A stretch of 64,000 nt of DNA. Origin: an uncultured Flavobacterium sp. Its GTDB lineage: Bacteria > Bacteroidota > Bacteroidia > Flavobacteriales > Flavobacteriaceae. This document shows, in pieces, positions 30,502 through 41,117 of this stretch; within the stretch, counting starts at the first letter, position 1; each line of letters opens with the position of its first letter. The stretch is taken from the NCBI GenBank assembly GCA_947632215.1, contig CANROJ010000001.1, forward strand, positions 4,406 to 68,405, in the 5' to 3' direction. Below the pieces are notes generated by a model. The model did not search any database. It was not told where the DNA came from and worked only from the letters and a program-made list of their open reading frames with translations. Position numbers and translations under genes: made by a program.

Positions 30502-31374
30502 CTAACCTAAAACTTCTTTAACTTTCTTACCTATTTCAGCTGGTGAGTCTACAACGTGGATACCACATTCTCTCATGATGCGTTTTTTAGCAGCAGCAGT
30601 ATCATCTGTACCACCTACAATAGCACCTGCGTGACCCATTGTTCTACCTACTGGAGCAGTTTCTCCTGCGATGAATCCAATTACAGGTTTTCTGTTTCCG
30701 TCTTCTTTAATCCAACGAGCAGCATCTGCTTCTAATTGTCCTCCAATTTCACCAATCATAATGATTGCCTCAGTCTCAGGATCATTCATTAATAATTGAA
30801 CCGCTTCTTTAGTAGAAGTTCCAATAATTGGATCTCCACCAATTCCAATAGCAGTTGTAACTCCTAATCCTTCTTTAACTACTTGGTCAGCTGCCTCATA
30901 AGTTAAAGTTCCAGATTTAGAAACAATTCCTACAGTTCCTTTTTTAAATACAAAACCTGGCATAATACCAACCTTAGCTTCCCCTGGTGTAATTACACCT
31001 GGACAGTTAGGACCAACTAAACGACAATCTCTATCTTGGATGTAAGCATAAGCTTTGATCATATCAGCCACAGGAATTCCCTCTGTAATACAGATAATAA
31101 CTTTAATTCCCGCATCAGCAGCTTCCATAATTGCATCAGCAGCAAACGCTGGCGGTACGAAAATAATAGAAGTATCTGCCCCTGCTTTCTCAACAGCATC
31201 TGCCACTGTATTAAACACTGGACGATCTAAATGAGTGTTTCCTCCTTTACCTGGAGTAACTCCACCAACAACATTTGTCCCGTATTCAATCATTTGAGAA
31301 GCATGGAAAGTACCTTCACTTCCAGTAAACCCTTGAACGATTACTTTTGAATTTTTATTTACTAAAACACTCAT
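30502..31374 (-). CDS. sucD: Succinate-CoA ligase alpha subunit
   Basis: [35 protein letters not shown] (phospho-His). Confidence 0.97.
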   Translation of the reverse strand: MSVLVNKNSKVIVQGFTGSEGTFHASQMIEYGTNVVGGVTPGKGGNTHLDRPVFNTVADAVEKAGADTSIIFVPPAFAADAIMEAADAGIKVIICITEGIPVADMIKAYAYIQDRDCRLVGPNCPGVITPGEAKVGIMPGFVFKKGTVGIVSKSGTLTYEAADQVVKEGLGVTTAIGIGGDPIIGTSTKEAVQLLMNDPETEAIIMIGEIGGQLEADAARWIKEDGNRKPVIGFIAGETAPVGRTMGHAGAIVGGTDDTAAAKKRIMRECGIHVVDSPAEIGKKVKEVLG

Positions 31375-31532
31375 GATTTTGTTTTTTATTATTTATAACA
31401 TAGTTAGACAAAAATAAACAATTCTAGAGAAGAATAAAATTTTTTCTTGGTTAACTACATCAGGTTCGATTAATACTCATTTTACTTGCTAATAAGCTAC
31501 TGCTAAAACATCCTAAGACGCAAAAGGTTCTC

Positions 31533-32468
31533 TTAAATAGACTTTACTTTTTCTAAAATTGTAGGAATTTTCTTTATGTTAGCTAACTGCTTTAACATAT
31601 CGCGAGATTCCTGAGCTGGGTAACCAAAGTAAACTTTACCACCAGCTAAAGATTTAGAAATACCAGATTGAGCTAAAACAACTGCTTTGCTTCCAATGGT
31701 AATGCCACTAGCACTACCTACTTGTCCCCAAAGAGTAACTTCATCTTCAATAATTACACAACCCGCAATACCACATTGAGCAGCAATTAAACAACGCTTA
31801 CCAACCGAGGTATCATGACCGATGTGAACTTGGTTATCAATCTTAGTACCTTCTTGAATTAGAGTATCTCCTGTAACTCCACGGTCAATAGTACACAAGG
31901 CACCAATTCCAACGTTATCTTGAATAACAACTCTACCACAAGAAATTAAAGGATCGAAACCTTCTGGTCTTTTTTTATAATAAAATGCATCTGCACCCAA
32001 GATACTACCTGCAGCAATAGTAACGTTATCACCAATAATGGTACCGTCATTAATAACTACATTGGGATGTATAACACAGTTTTTACCTATAACTACATTA
32101 TAACCAATAAAAACATTTGGTTGAATAATAGTTCCCTGACCTATAACTGCATCTTCTGACATAGCCACTTTTGCAGGTTTGAAAGGGTTAAAAAATGTGG
32201 ATAACTTATTGAAATCTCTCCATGGATCCTCTGAGATAAGCAAAGCTTTTCCCTGTGGACATGGAACATCTTTATTAATTAGGATAATACTAGCATTAGA
32301 ATTTAATGCCTTATCGTAATACTTAGGATGATCAACAAATACGATTTCACCAGGTTGTACCACATGAATTTCATTCATACCATATACCGGAAAATCAACA
32401 TCGCCTACAAAATCGCACCCAATAATTTGTGCGATAGTCTGTAAATCTTGAACTTTTGCAAAACGCAT
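31533..32468 (-). CDS. Second LpxD-like hexapeptide-repeat N-acyltransferase
   Basis: LpxD N-terminal domain, left-handed beta-helix, IDRG, KIDNQVHIGH (catalytic His retained). Confidence 0.85.
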   Translation of the reverse strand: MRFAKVQDLQTIAQIIGCDFVGDVDFPVYGMNEIHVVQPGEIVFVDHPKYYDKALNSNASIILINKDVPCPQGKALLISEDPWRDFNKLSTFFNPFKPAKVAMSEDAVIGQGTIIQPNVFIGYNVVIGKNCVIHPNVVINDGTIIGDNVTIAAGSILGADAFYYKKRPEGFDPLISCGRVVIQDNVGIGALCTIDRGVTGDTLIQEGTKIDNQVHIGHDTSVGKRCLIAAQCGIAGCVIIEDEVTLWGQVGSASGITIGSKAVVLAQSGISKSLAGGKVYFGYPAQESRDMLKQLANIKKIPTILEKVKSI

Positions 32469-32490
32469 AGTCTACTCTAATAAAAGTTAT

Positions 32491-33057
32491 TTATTCTTTA
32501 ATACGCTCCATGTAATTTCCAGAAGCAGTATCTATCTTAATTTTGTCTCCTTCGTTAATAAATAAAGGAACGTTTACTGAAGCACCAGTTTCTACTGTTG
32601 CAGGTTTAGTCGCATTCGTTGCAGTATTACCTTTAACACCAGGTTCTGTGTAAGTAACTTCTAAGATAACTGAAGCTGGCATATCCACAGATAAAGGAAG
32701 TTCAGTATCAGTATTGATTTGAACCATTACCATTTCTCCCTCTTTTAATAAATCTGGAGCATCTAAGATATCTCTTAATAAAGTAATTTGCTCGTAATTC
32801 TCCACATTCATAAAGTGAAACTGATCTCCTTCTGGATATAAATATTGAAACTTATGTGTCTCCACACGAACCTCATCAATTTTGTGCCCTGCAGAAAAAG
32901 TGTTATCTAATACCTTTCCGTTTGTTAAACTTCTCATTTTTGTTCTAACAAAAGCAGGTCCCTTTCCAGGTTTAACGTGTAAAAACTCAACGATTTTATA
33001 AATATCATTATTAAATTTAATACATAAACCGTTTCTAATATCAGCTGTAGTTGCCAT
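32491..33057 (-). CDS. efp: Elongation factor P
   Basis: HVKPGKGPAFVR, PGVKGNTA, KPATVETG, VPLFI. Confidence 0.97.
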   Translation of the reverse strand: MATTADIRNGLCIKFNNDIYKIVEFLHVKPGKGPAFVRTKMRSLTNGKVLDNTFSAGHKIDEVRVETHKFQYLYPEGDQFHFMNVENYEQITLLRDILDAPDLLKEGEMVMVQINTDTELPLSVDMPASVILEVTYTEPGVKGNTATNATKPATVETGASVNVPLFINEGDKIKIDTASGNYMERIKE

Positions 33058-33078
33058 TTTATAATTGTTTTTTATTTA

Positions 33079-33864
33079 TTAATATATTCCTGAATATCCT
33101 CTCATAATCCCTCGCGAAGAATTACGGATAAACATGATTATTTCATCTCTTTCTGGAGTAGCCTCCATTTCAGTTTCGATGATCTCTAAAGCTTGTGCTG
33201 TATTGTATTTCATTTGGAATAAAATACGGTAAATAGCTTGAATTTCACTGATTTTCTCAGGATTGAATCCTCTACGACGTAAACCAACAGAGTTGATTCC
33301 AGCATAAGAAATTGGCTCTCTAGCCGCCTTAATAAAAGGTGGAACATCTTTACGAACTAATGTACCTCCAGTAATAAAAGAATGAGATCCGATGGTGCAA
33401 AATTGATGAACTGCTACTAATCCAGCTAAAATAACATAGTCCCCAACAGTTACGTGTCCGGCTAAAGTACTGGAATTAGAAAAAATACAGTTATCCCCAA
33501 CGATACAATCGTGAGCAATATGACTATAAGCTTGAATTAAACAATTTTTCCCTACTACAGTTTTATATCTATCTCTGGTTCCTCTATTGATTGTTACGCA
33601 CTCTCGAATAGTGGTATTATCTCCGATTTCTACTGTCGTGATTTCTCCTTCAAATTTTAAATCTTGCGGATCAGCAGAAATTACACTTCCTGGAAAAATT
33701 TTACAGTTTTTTCCAATTCTTGCACCTTCCATGATTGTTACGTTTGATCCAATCCAAGTGCCTTCGCCAATTTCAACATTATTATGAATTGTTGTAAATG
33801 GCTCGATAACAACATTACGTGCTATCTTTGCTCCCGGATGAACATATGCTAAAGGCTGATTCAT
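33079..33864 (-). CDS. lpxA: Acyl-ACP--UDP-N-acetylglucosamine O-acyltransferase
   Basis: PQDLKF, IRECVTINRGT, SHIAHDC, VHQFC, GINSVGLRRRGF. Confidence 0.96.
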   Translation of the reverse strand: MNQPLAYVHPGAKIARNVVIEPFTTIHNNVEIGEGTWIGSNVTIMEGARIGKNCKIFPGSVISADPQDLKFEGEITTVEIGDNTTIRECVTINRGTRDRYKTVVGKNCLIQAYSHIAHDCIVGDNCIFSNSSTLAGHVTVGDYVILAGLVAVHQFCTIGSHSFITGGTLVRKDVPPFIKAAREPISYAGINSVGLRRRGFNPEKISEIQAIYRILFQMKYNTAQALEIIETEMEATPERDEIIMFIRNSSRGIMRGYSGIY

Positions 33865-33866
33865 AC

Positions 33867-35264
33867 TTATTCTATATTTGGTTTTTTTGAAATTTGAGCC
33901 ATTAATTCTGCCTCTGCTACTATTTTACCATTGGCATAAGCATACGCTTGCATATGACAAATTCCGCGACGAATAGGTGTAATTAATTCTAATTTAAAAA
34001 TTAATGTGTCCCCTGGTATAACTTTATTTTTAAATTTAACGTTGTCCATTTTCATGAAGTACGTTAAGTAATTTTGTGGATCTGGAACAGTACTCAATAT
34101 AAGAATACCACCCGATTGTGCCATTGCCTCACAAATCAAAACCCCTGGCATAACAGGTGTTCCTGGAAAATGACCTACAAAGAACTCTTCGTTCATAGTA
34201 ACGTTCTTTACTCCTACTACGTGGGTTGGAGACATTTCCAAAATTTTGTCTACCAATAAAAATGGTGGACGGTGAGGTAAAAGCTGCATGATTTTCACAA
34301 CATCCATTAAAGGCTCTGCATGCAAATCATAGCTTGGTACTTGATTGCGTTTTTCATCGCGAATTATCTTAGACATCTTCTTAGCAAAGGCTGTATTTAC
34401 AGCATGCCCTGGTTTATTAGCAATAATCTTACCGCGAATACGAGTTCCAATTAAAGCTAAATCCCCTATTACATCTAATAATTTATGTCTTGCAGCTTCA
34501 TTAGGAAAATGCAATGTTAAGTTATCTAAAACTCCATTAGGTTTAACAGTGATCTCTTCCTTATCAAAAGCCTTTTTCAAATGCCCCATTGTCTCTTCTG
34601 ATATCTCCTTATCAACGTAAACAATAGCGTTATTTAAATCTCCACCTTTAATCAATCCATTAGCTAACAAAGTTTCTAACTCATGTAAAAAACTAAAAGT
34701 CCTAGCCTGAGAAATTTCCTCCTTAAAATCGTGTAAACTTTTTAAAGTAGCATTTTGTGTTCCCAATACTTTTGTACCGAAATCTACCATAGTAGTTACT
34801 TGATAACTATCACTTGGCATTACAATAATTTCACTACCTGTTACCTCATCTACATAAGAAATAACTTCCTTAACAATGTACTCTTCTCTATCTGCATCTT
34901 GTTCTACTACACCAGCTTTCTCAACTGCTTGAACAAAATACTTTGATGAACCATCCATAATTGGAGGCTCAGAGGCATTTAACTCTATAATTACATTGTC
35001 TAAATCACATCCAACAAAAGCAGCTAAAACATGCTCTGTTGTCTGTACGCGAACACCTTTTTTCTCAAGGTTTGTACCGCGTTGCGTGTTTACTACATAA
35101 TTAGCATCCGCTTCAATTATAGGATGACCCTCTAAATCCACTCTAACAAAAGTGAAACCATTATTAACAGGAGCTGGCTTAAGTGTCATCGTTACTTCTT
35201 GACCTGTATGAAGACCTACTCCTTTTAACGTTACTTCGTTTTGGATGGTTTTTTGTTTAACCAT
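33867..35264 (-). CDS. lpxC: Bifunctional LpxC-FabZ fusion
   Basis: GVGLHTG, TEHVLAA, HKLLDVIGDL (LpxC) fused to LPHRPPFLLVD, GHFPG.PVMPGVL..EAMAQ (FabZ). Confidence 0.96.
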   Translation of the reverse strand: MVKQKTIQNEVTLKGVGLHTGQEVTMTLKPAPVNNGFTFVRVDLEGHPIIEADANYVVNTQRGTNLEKKGVRVQTTEHVLAAFVGCDLDNVIIELNASEPPIMDGSSKYFVQAVEKAGVVEQDADREEYIVKEVISYVDEVTGSEIIVMPSDSYQVTTMVDFGTKVLGTQNATLKSLHDFKEEISQARTFSFLHELETLLANGLIKGGDLNNAIVYVDKEISEETMGHLKKAFDKEEITVKPNGVLDNLTLHFPNEAARHKLLDVIGDLALIGTRIRGKIIANKPGHAVNTAFAKKMSKIIRDEKRNQVPSYDLHAEPLMDVVKIMQLLPHRPPFLLVDKILEMSPTHVVGVKNVTMNEEFFVGHFPGTPVMPGVLICEAMAQSGGILILSTVPDPQNYLTYFMKMDNVKFKNKVIPGDTLIFKLELITPIRRGICHMQAYAYANGKIVAEAELMAQISKKPNIE

Positions 35265-35312
35265 AATTAATGTCTTTAACTATTTATAATAGAATATATA
35301 TGATAGATTAAT

Positions 35313-36329
35313 TTAAATTTTCTTTTTTAATTCTTTTACTTCATCTACAATCTTAGGTAGATTTTTAAAATGAATAAAAGAGCGCATAAATTCATTACTA
35401 GGCATAGCAGGGGTTCCCTGAACTACTCCATTATCAGGTATACTTCTGGTTACTCCAGTTTGTGCTTGTATCTTAACATTATCCCCGATAATAATATGTC
35501 CTACAATCCCGACTTGTCCACCAAACATACAGTTTTCACCAACTTTAGTTGATCCTGCAATACCTGTTTGAGAAGCAATTACTGTATTTTGGCCAATTTC
35601 AACATTGTGAGCAATTTGAATTTGATTATCCAATTTAACCCCTTTTCTGATAATTGTAGATCCTAATGTAGCACGGTCTATAGTGGTAGATGCGCCAATT
35701 TCTACATCATCTTCAATTACAACGTTACCTGTTTGTGGTACTTTGGTATAAGAACCATCTTCATTAGGTGCAAATCCAAATCCATCGGAACCCAACACAC
35801 TACCTGAATGAATAATACAGTTATTACCTATTTGCGTTTCTGAATAAATTCGTACTCCTGCAAATAAAATAACATTATTACCAATAACTACGTTGTCTCC
35901 AATAAAACAGTTAGGATATATCTTTACATTATCTCCAATCTTTGTATTCTCACCAACATAAGCAAAACTTCCTAAGTATAGATCCTCTCCATAGCTAACT
36001 CCTTTAGAGATAACGCTAGGTTGTTCTATTCCTGTTTTGTTTAGTTTAACTTGATTATAGTAATGTAATAATTTAGAGAATGACTTATAAGCATCTTCTA
36101 CCTTAATCAAGGTTGCTTTCACTGGATGCTCTGGTTGGAATGTTTTATTTACAATAACCACAGAAGCTTCTGTGGTATAGATGTATTGAATATATTTAGG
36201 GTTAGCTAAGAAACTTAACGAACCTTCTTTTCCTTCTTCAATTTTAGATAAGGAACTAACTTCAATAGTAGGGTCCCCTACTATTTCTCCTTCTAAAACC
36301 GATGCGATTTGTTCTGCTGCTATTTTCAT
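35313..36329 (-). CDS. lpxD: UDP-3-O-acylglucosamine N-acyltransferase LpxD
   Basis: SFLANPKY, GSDGFGF, IDRAT, KLDNQIQIAHNV. Confidence 0.95.
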   Translation of the reverse strand: MKIAAEQIASVLEGEIVGDPTIEVSSLSKIEEGKEGSLSFLANPKYIQYIYTTEASVVIVNKTFQPEHPVKATLIKVEDAYKSFSKLLHYYNQVKLNKTGIEQPSVISKGVSYGEDLYLGSFAYVGENTKIGDNVKIYPNCFIGDNVVIGNNVILFAGVRIYSETQIGNNCIIHSGSVLGSDGFGFAPNEDGSYTKVPQTGNVVIEDDVEIGASTTIDRATLGSTIIRKGVKLDNQIQIAHNVEIGQNTVIASQTGIAGSTKVGENCMFGGQVGIVGHIIIGDNVKIQAQTGVTRSIPDNGVVQGTPAMPSNEFMRSFIHFKNLPKIVDEVKELKKKI

Positions 36330-36334
36330 TACGG

Positions 36335-36342
36335 CAAAAATA
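36335..36342 (-). promoter_or_regulatory. -7 promoter element only 5 nt before the lpxD ATG
   Basis: Minus strand TATTTTTG-ccgta-ATG. Confidence 0.55.
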
Positions 36343-36359
36343 TAAAATATAATTGAAAT

Positions 36360-37598
36360 TTAAGGCTCTAAAGTGCTTTTTGGGTAACAAAGCAAATACT
36401 TTGTTACAGGTTTGCTGAGTGCCTTGAGGTTTAATTGATCCGAAAGACTAAGTATATCTGTTAAGTTTCCATTTTTCTTTAAAATCATAATTGGCTCTTG
36501 TTCTCGACTATAGGCACTATTTTTAACCTTTCCTTTGAACACAAAATAATTAATTGCCTCTTTGCTAAGATTAAATTTTTCAGCAACTTTTGTTTTCTTT
36601 TTTGCCAGTTTTTCTGTTAACTCTTGTTTATCACTAATAAGCTCAACTTGTAATAAATCACGATTTATAATCATATTGCTCAATTTAGACAGGATAAAAT
36701 CATCATGAAACTGCCAAGACTTCAAAGCACCTAAAATATCAGAATCATCTAAAAGGGCAAATTTATCTAAGGCTATGGTATCAAAATCTTGGGCATCTAC
36801 CTGATTTTCTAAAAAAAACAACAGCGATTCACTAGCCCATAAAGACACTTTCTTTTGAACTAGCTCCTTGGCTCTTTGCAAAACCCGAACCAGAATCATC
36901 TCAGCACAGACGCTAGTCTTATGCAGGTATGCTTGCCAATACATTAAACGTCTTGCCACTAAGAACATTTCAACAGAATAAATCCCCTTTTGCTCCACTA
37001 CTAAGGCATCCTCTACCACATTTAACATCTGGATTAAACGCTCTGAATTGATATTTCCCTCGGCTACTCCGGAGTAAAAACTATCTCTTTTAAGATAATC
37101 CATTCTATCCATATCTAACTGACTAGAAATAAGTTGAAGCATAAATTTTCTATGATACTCCCCTTTAAAAATCTTAATAGCCAGATCGAGCTGTCCATTA
37201 AACTCTTTATTGAGTCTATGCATAAAGAACAAAGAGATATCCTCGTGCACTACCCCTTCCACGATACTGTGTTCCATGGCATGAGAAAAAGGTCCATGGC
37301 CTATATCGTGCAATAAAATAGCAACATATAAAGCAGTTTCTTCTTCACAGGAAATCTCTACACTTTTAAAGCGCAATACCTGTACAGCTTTCTGCATAAG
37401 ATGCATACAACCAATAGCATGATGGAAACGAGTGTGATGAGCTCCAGGATAGACTAAATAGGAAACCCCCATTTGAGAAATCCTTCTTAAGCGCTGAAAA
37501 TAAGGATGCTCTATTAAATCATATACCAAAGAATTAGGTATAGAAATAAATCCATAAATTGGATCATTTAAAATCTTTAATTTATTTACTAGTGCCAA
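36360..37598 (-). CDS. HD-domain phosphohydrolase (COG1078-like)
   Basis: DPIYG, FQRLRRISQ, HTRFHH, LLHDIGHGPFSH, DMDRMDY; promoter caaatata at 37625-37632. Confidence 0.92.
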   Translation of the reverse strand: MALVNKLKILNDPIYGFISIPNSLVYDLIEHPYFQRLRRISQMGVSYLVYPGAHHTRFHHAIGCMHLMQKAVQVLRFKSVEISCEEETALYVAILLHDIGHGPFSHAMEHSIVEGVVHEDISLFFMHRLNKEFNGQLDLAIKIFKGEYHRKFMLQLISSQLDMDRMDYLKRDSFYSGVAEGNINSERLIQMLNVVEDALVVEQKGIYSVEMFLVARRLMYWQAYLHKTSVCAEMILVRVLQRAKELVQKKVSLWASESLLFFLENQVDAQDFDTIALDKFALLDDSDILGALKSWQFHDDFILSKLSNMIINRDLLQVELISDKQELTEKLAKKKTKVAEKFNLSKEAINYFVFKGKVKNSAYSREQEPIMILKKNGNLTDILSLSDQLNLKALSKPVTKYLLCYPKSTLEP

Positions 37599-37644
37599 AT
37601 GTATGATTTTTAATCAATTGAATACAAATATAGAAAAATATACA

Positions 37645-37680
37645 AAAATCGCGCCCTATTTTACTAATAAAGCGCGATTT
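37645..37680 (-). terminator. Terminator after hutH
   Basis: Minus strand aaatcgcgctttatt-agtaa-aatagggcgcgattttt. Confidence 0.8.
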
Positions 37681-37692
37681 ATATTGTTAATG

Positions 37693-39192
37693 CTAATCTT
37701 CTAAATCAATCTGAAAAGAATCTAAAAAAGCAATTGTCTTTTCAATATCATAGTGTAAAACACGATCTTTTTCTACAAAACTTACCTCTTGCCTATAAGC
37801 ATTTAAGAATGCCTCTATAAATTCACTAGAGCGAAGTGGGCGTCTAAAGTCAATTGCTTGAGCTGCATTTAAAAGCTCGATGGCTAAAATTCTCTCTAGG
37901 TTTTTTACAACTTTTAAAGCTTTAGTAGCAGCATTAGCTCCCATACTAACATGATCTTCTTGTCCATTGCTAGATACGATACTATCCACGCTACTCGGGG
38001 TAGCTAACTGCTTATTTTGACTAACAATACTCGCTGCGGTATACTGAGGAATCATCAAGCCAGAATTCAGTCCTGGATTAGAAACCAGAAAAGCAGGCAG
38101 CCCCCTTAAGCCTGATATCAATTGATAGGTACGTCTCTCGGATATACTTCCCAATTCTGCTAAGGCGATACTCAAGAAATCTAATGAAATAGCCAATGGC
38201 TGTCCATGAAAGTTTCCTCCTGAAACAATGACATCTTCTTTGTAGAAAATATTTGGATTATCGGTCACTGAGTTAATTTCAGTTTTAAATACACGATCTA
38301 CATAATCGATTGCATCTTTTGATGCGCCATGTACTTGTGGGATACAACGAAAAGAATAAGGATCTTGAACATGTTGTTTTTCTTGAGAAATTAACTCTGA
38401 TCCTTGTAAAATATCATTAAAAAACTGCGCTGTTACTATTTGTCCTTTATGAGGGCGAACAAAGTGAATAAGCTCATTGAAAGGCTCTATCCTACCATCA
38501 AAGCCCTCTAAAGAAATAGCTCCAATTAAGTCAGCTAAATAAGAAAGTTTCTTAGTCTTCATTAAGATATAACAGCCATAAGCACTCATAAACTGAGTTC
38601 CGTTTAACAAAGCTAACCCCTCTTTACTTTTAAGCCTTATAGGTTCCCAACCAAATTTCTGCAACACCTTACTAGCTGGCTGGCGAAAGCCTTCAAAGTA
38701 AACTTCACCTTCTCCTATTAGTGGAAGAGTTAAATGGGCAAGAGGAGACAAATCTCCCGAAGCCCCTAGAGAACCTTGCTCATAAACCACGGGTAGAATA
38801 TCGTTATTGAAAAAATCCACTAATCGCTCTACAGTCTGTAATTGGACTCCGGAGTTGCCATAGCTCAATGACTTTATCTTTAAAATAAGCATCAAACGAA
38901 CAATCTGTTCTGGTACAATATCTCCAGTGCCACAGGCATGTGATTTCATTAAATTCTGCTGTAAATCAGATAATTGATCCGAGGGTATTTTCACATCACA
39001 CAAAGACCCAAAGCCAGTATTAATACCATATATCGGGTTTTGTTCTTGTTGCATTTTATTATCTAAATAGTCTCTACAATTTACAATATTTGCTCTAGCC
39101 TCTTCGGATAATCCAATCTTTGCACAATCTAAAATTTCTTGTAGCGTGCGGATTGTCAAAATATTTGAACTTATATAATGTATATCTTCCAT
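37693..39192 (-). CDS. hutH: Histidine ammonia-lyase
   Basis: YGINTGFG, GSLGASGDL (MIO-forming ASG), NGTQ, QDPYSFRCIPQVHG, GGNFHG, QEDHVSMG. Confidence 0.96.
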   Translation of the reverse strand: MEDIHYISSNILTIRTLQEILDCAKIGLSEEARANIVNCRDYLDNKMQQEQNPIYGINTGFGSLCDVKIPSDQLSDLQQNLMKSHACGTGDIVPEQIVRLMLILKIKSLSYGNSGVQLQTVERLVDFFNNDILPVVYEQGSLGASGDLSPLAHLTLPLIGEGEVYFEGFRQPASKVLQKFGWEPIRLKSKEGLALLNGTQFMSAYGCYILMKTKKLSYLADLIGAISLEGFDGRIEPFNELIHFVRPHKGQIVTAQFFNDILQGSELISQEKQHVQDPYSFRCIPQVHGASKDAIDYVDRVFKTEINSVTDNPNIFYKEDVIVSGGNFHGQPLAISLDFLSIALAELGSISERRTYQLISGLRGLPAFLVSNPGLNSGLMIPQYTAASIVSQNKQLATPSSVDSIVSSNGQEDHVSMGANAATKALKVVKNLERILAIELLNAAQAIDFRRPLRSSEFIEAFLNAYRQEVSFVEKDRVLHYDIEKTIAFLDSFQIDLED

Positions 39193-39261
39193 AATTGTTT
39201 TTGGTTGTTGTTTTGGTTGTTGTTCTTATTGGCTGTAATAATTGGTGAGTTTCAAGGCAAA

Positions 39262-40029
39262 TTATCTGGTAAAAATCAAAGTATCTTTTTGACTTAATTC
39301 TTGGCTGAATCTATAATTATCCAAATCAAATCCTTTTAACTCCTCTATGGTTTGTACATTTTGCTCAAGGATATATCTAACCATCAAGCCTCTGGCTTTT
39401 TTGGCAAAAAAACTAATAGTTTTCAACTTGCCATCTCTTAACTCCTTAAATTCAGGAGTAACTAAATGTCCGTGTAGAGTTTTTTTATCAATTGCCTTGA
39501 AGTATTCATTACTAGCTAGATTAACGATGAGCTCCTGGGCAATTGTTTGCTTATTTAAAGCCTGAGCTAAAATAGGCCTCCACAATGCATATAAATCCTT
39601 ATAAGGACCAATGGCTAATTTAGTGCCCATCTCTAAGCGGTAAGGCTCAATACTATCCAAGGGCTTTAAAAGACCGTATAGCCCAGATAAAATACGAAGC
39701 TTATCTTGCAAAAGATCCCATTTATCCTCTGATAAACTATATGGATCTAAACCTGTGTAAACATCCCCATTAAAGGCGAAAACAGCTTGGCGAAATTCTT
39801 GTGTATTACTCTTTATTTGATCAAAAGTTCTATCTTGATTTCTTTGCCAATTCAATTGAGCTAAGGCAGGTGAAATTTTCATTAATTCCTGTAATTCTGC
39901 AACAGATAACTGCTTTAAAACACTCTGGATTTCTTTGGCCTTATTTAAAAACTCAATACTTGAACTTTGCTGGGTTGGTACAGCAGTGGTATAATCTAAG
40001 CTCTTTGCCGGAGAAATTAAAATCTTCAT
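39262..40029 (-). CDS. yaaA: Peroxide stress protein YaaA
   Basis: ISPAKSL, GDVY.GL, LSGLYGLL.P.D.IEPYRLEMG, NLASNEY, AKKARG. Confidence 0.94.
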   Translation of the reverse strand: MKILISPAKSLDYTTAVPTQQSSSIEFLNKAKEIQSVLKQLSVAELQELMKISPALAQLNWQRNQDRTFDQIKSNTQEFRQAVFAFNGDVYTGLDPYSLSEDKWDLLQDKLRILSGLYGLLKPLDSIEPYRLEMGTKLAIGPYKDLYALWRPILAQALNKQTIAQELIVNLASNEYFKAIDKKTLHGHLVTPEFKELRDGKLKTISFFAKKARGLMVRYILEQNVQTIEELKGFDLDNYRFSQELSQKDTLIFTR

Positions 40030-40091
40030 ATAATTGTATTTTTATTGCTATTCAAATATAGGATAAGTATTTAAAATAGCCTAGTGAAAAA

Positions 40092-41096
40092 CTACCTCCC
40101 CTTGATCCTAGCCCATAATTTTTTAAGCATTTTAACGCCATCTCTATTATCTTTAGCTACCTCAGTAATTTGCAAATCCCCTTGCTTAGAAGCCACTATA
40201 GCATAACTAAAACCAAATTTAGGATCTTGTATATCATTTTTCAACAAACCAAATCGCAAATCATGGAAGTACAACGTATCCTTTTTTTGCTCGATTATAT
40301 AATCTGCTTCACTTAAAGCAACTAATCTTTTAAAATCAGGGTGATTCTCTATTGAACTAGCTAAATTATGGTTCTTCTTATAGAAAGTAAATATAGGCTT
40401 ACTTTTGTCTAAAAAGGAATAATCTGAGACATAGAAACCAGTTTCACTTTCAATAATGGCATTCCAAAGAATAATATTCATTGCCGATGGCTTTACTGTT
40501 ATCTTTTGCCATTGTAGCTCATTTTGTTGCAACTGATCTTTAAACTTGTAATACACCACAGCTTTTAATCCAAGTGCAAGCAAAAGATAAGCGCTACTAA
40601 TTACGATACCCAAAGTGTTGTAATACCTTCTTTTAGGCCAATTATCTTTACAAAGTGCCGAACGAATCAAAAAATATAAAAAAACAATAGTATACAAAGG
40701 ATCTATTACAAAGATGCTCTTCAGGGCAAAAGAATATGGCAAAGGCCAAAATAGTTGTGTACCCCAAGTTGTAAAGACATCTAGTAAGGAATGGGTAAGT
40801 AATCCCAAAAACATAAGCCAATAGGCCTTAGAATAGCTCAAAGCGTTTTTTCTCTCTATCCGATATACAACATAGCCTAATAGAAAAGAGGCCACTGCAG
40901 CAAAAAGCACAGAATGAGTGATGGTACGATGAAACTCCACCGCACTTAAATGATCTGTAAAGCCAAGAGCTAATACATCTAAATCAGGTATACAACCAGC
41001 AATTGCACCATAAAGCAAAGCTCTGTTTTTTAACTGCTTACCAGCCACTGCATTACCAACAGCTGCACCTAATACAATTTGAGAAATGGAATCCAT
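40092..41096 (-). CDS. YdjM-like inner-membrane metal-dependent hydrolase
   Basis: MDSISQ, IPDLDV, HRTITHS, THSLLDVFTTWGT, IFVIDP. Confidence 0.85.
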   Translation of the reverse strand: MDSISQIVLGAAVGNAVAGKQLKNRALLYGAIAGCIPDLDVLALGFTDHLSAVEFHRTITHSVLFAAVASFLLGYVVYRIERKNALSYSKAYWLMFLGLLTHSLLDVFTTWGTQLFWPLPYSFALKSIFVIDPLYTIVFLYFLIRSALCKDNWPKRRYYNTLGIVISSAYLLLALGLKAVVYYKFKDQLQQNELQWQKITVKPSAMNIILWNAIIESETGFYVSDYSFLDKSKPIFTFYKKNHNLASSIENHPDFKRLVALSEADYIIEQKKDTLYFHDLRFGLLKNDIQDPKFGFSYAIVASKQGDLQITEVAKDNRDGVKMLKKLWARIKGR

Positions 41097-41117
41097 AAAT
41101 AACTAATTTATTGGCAT

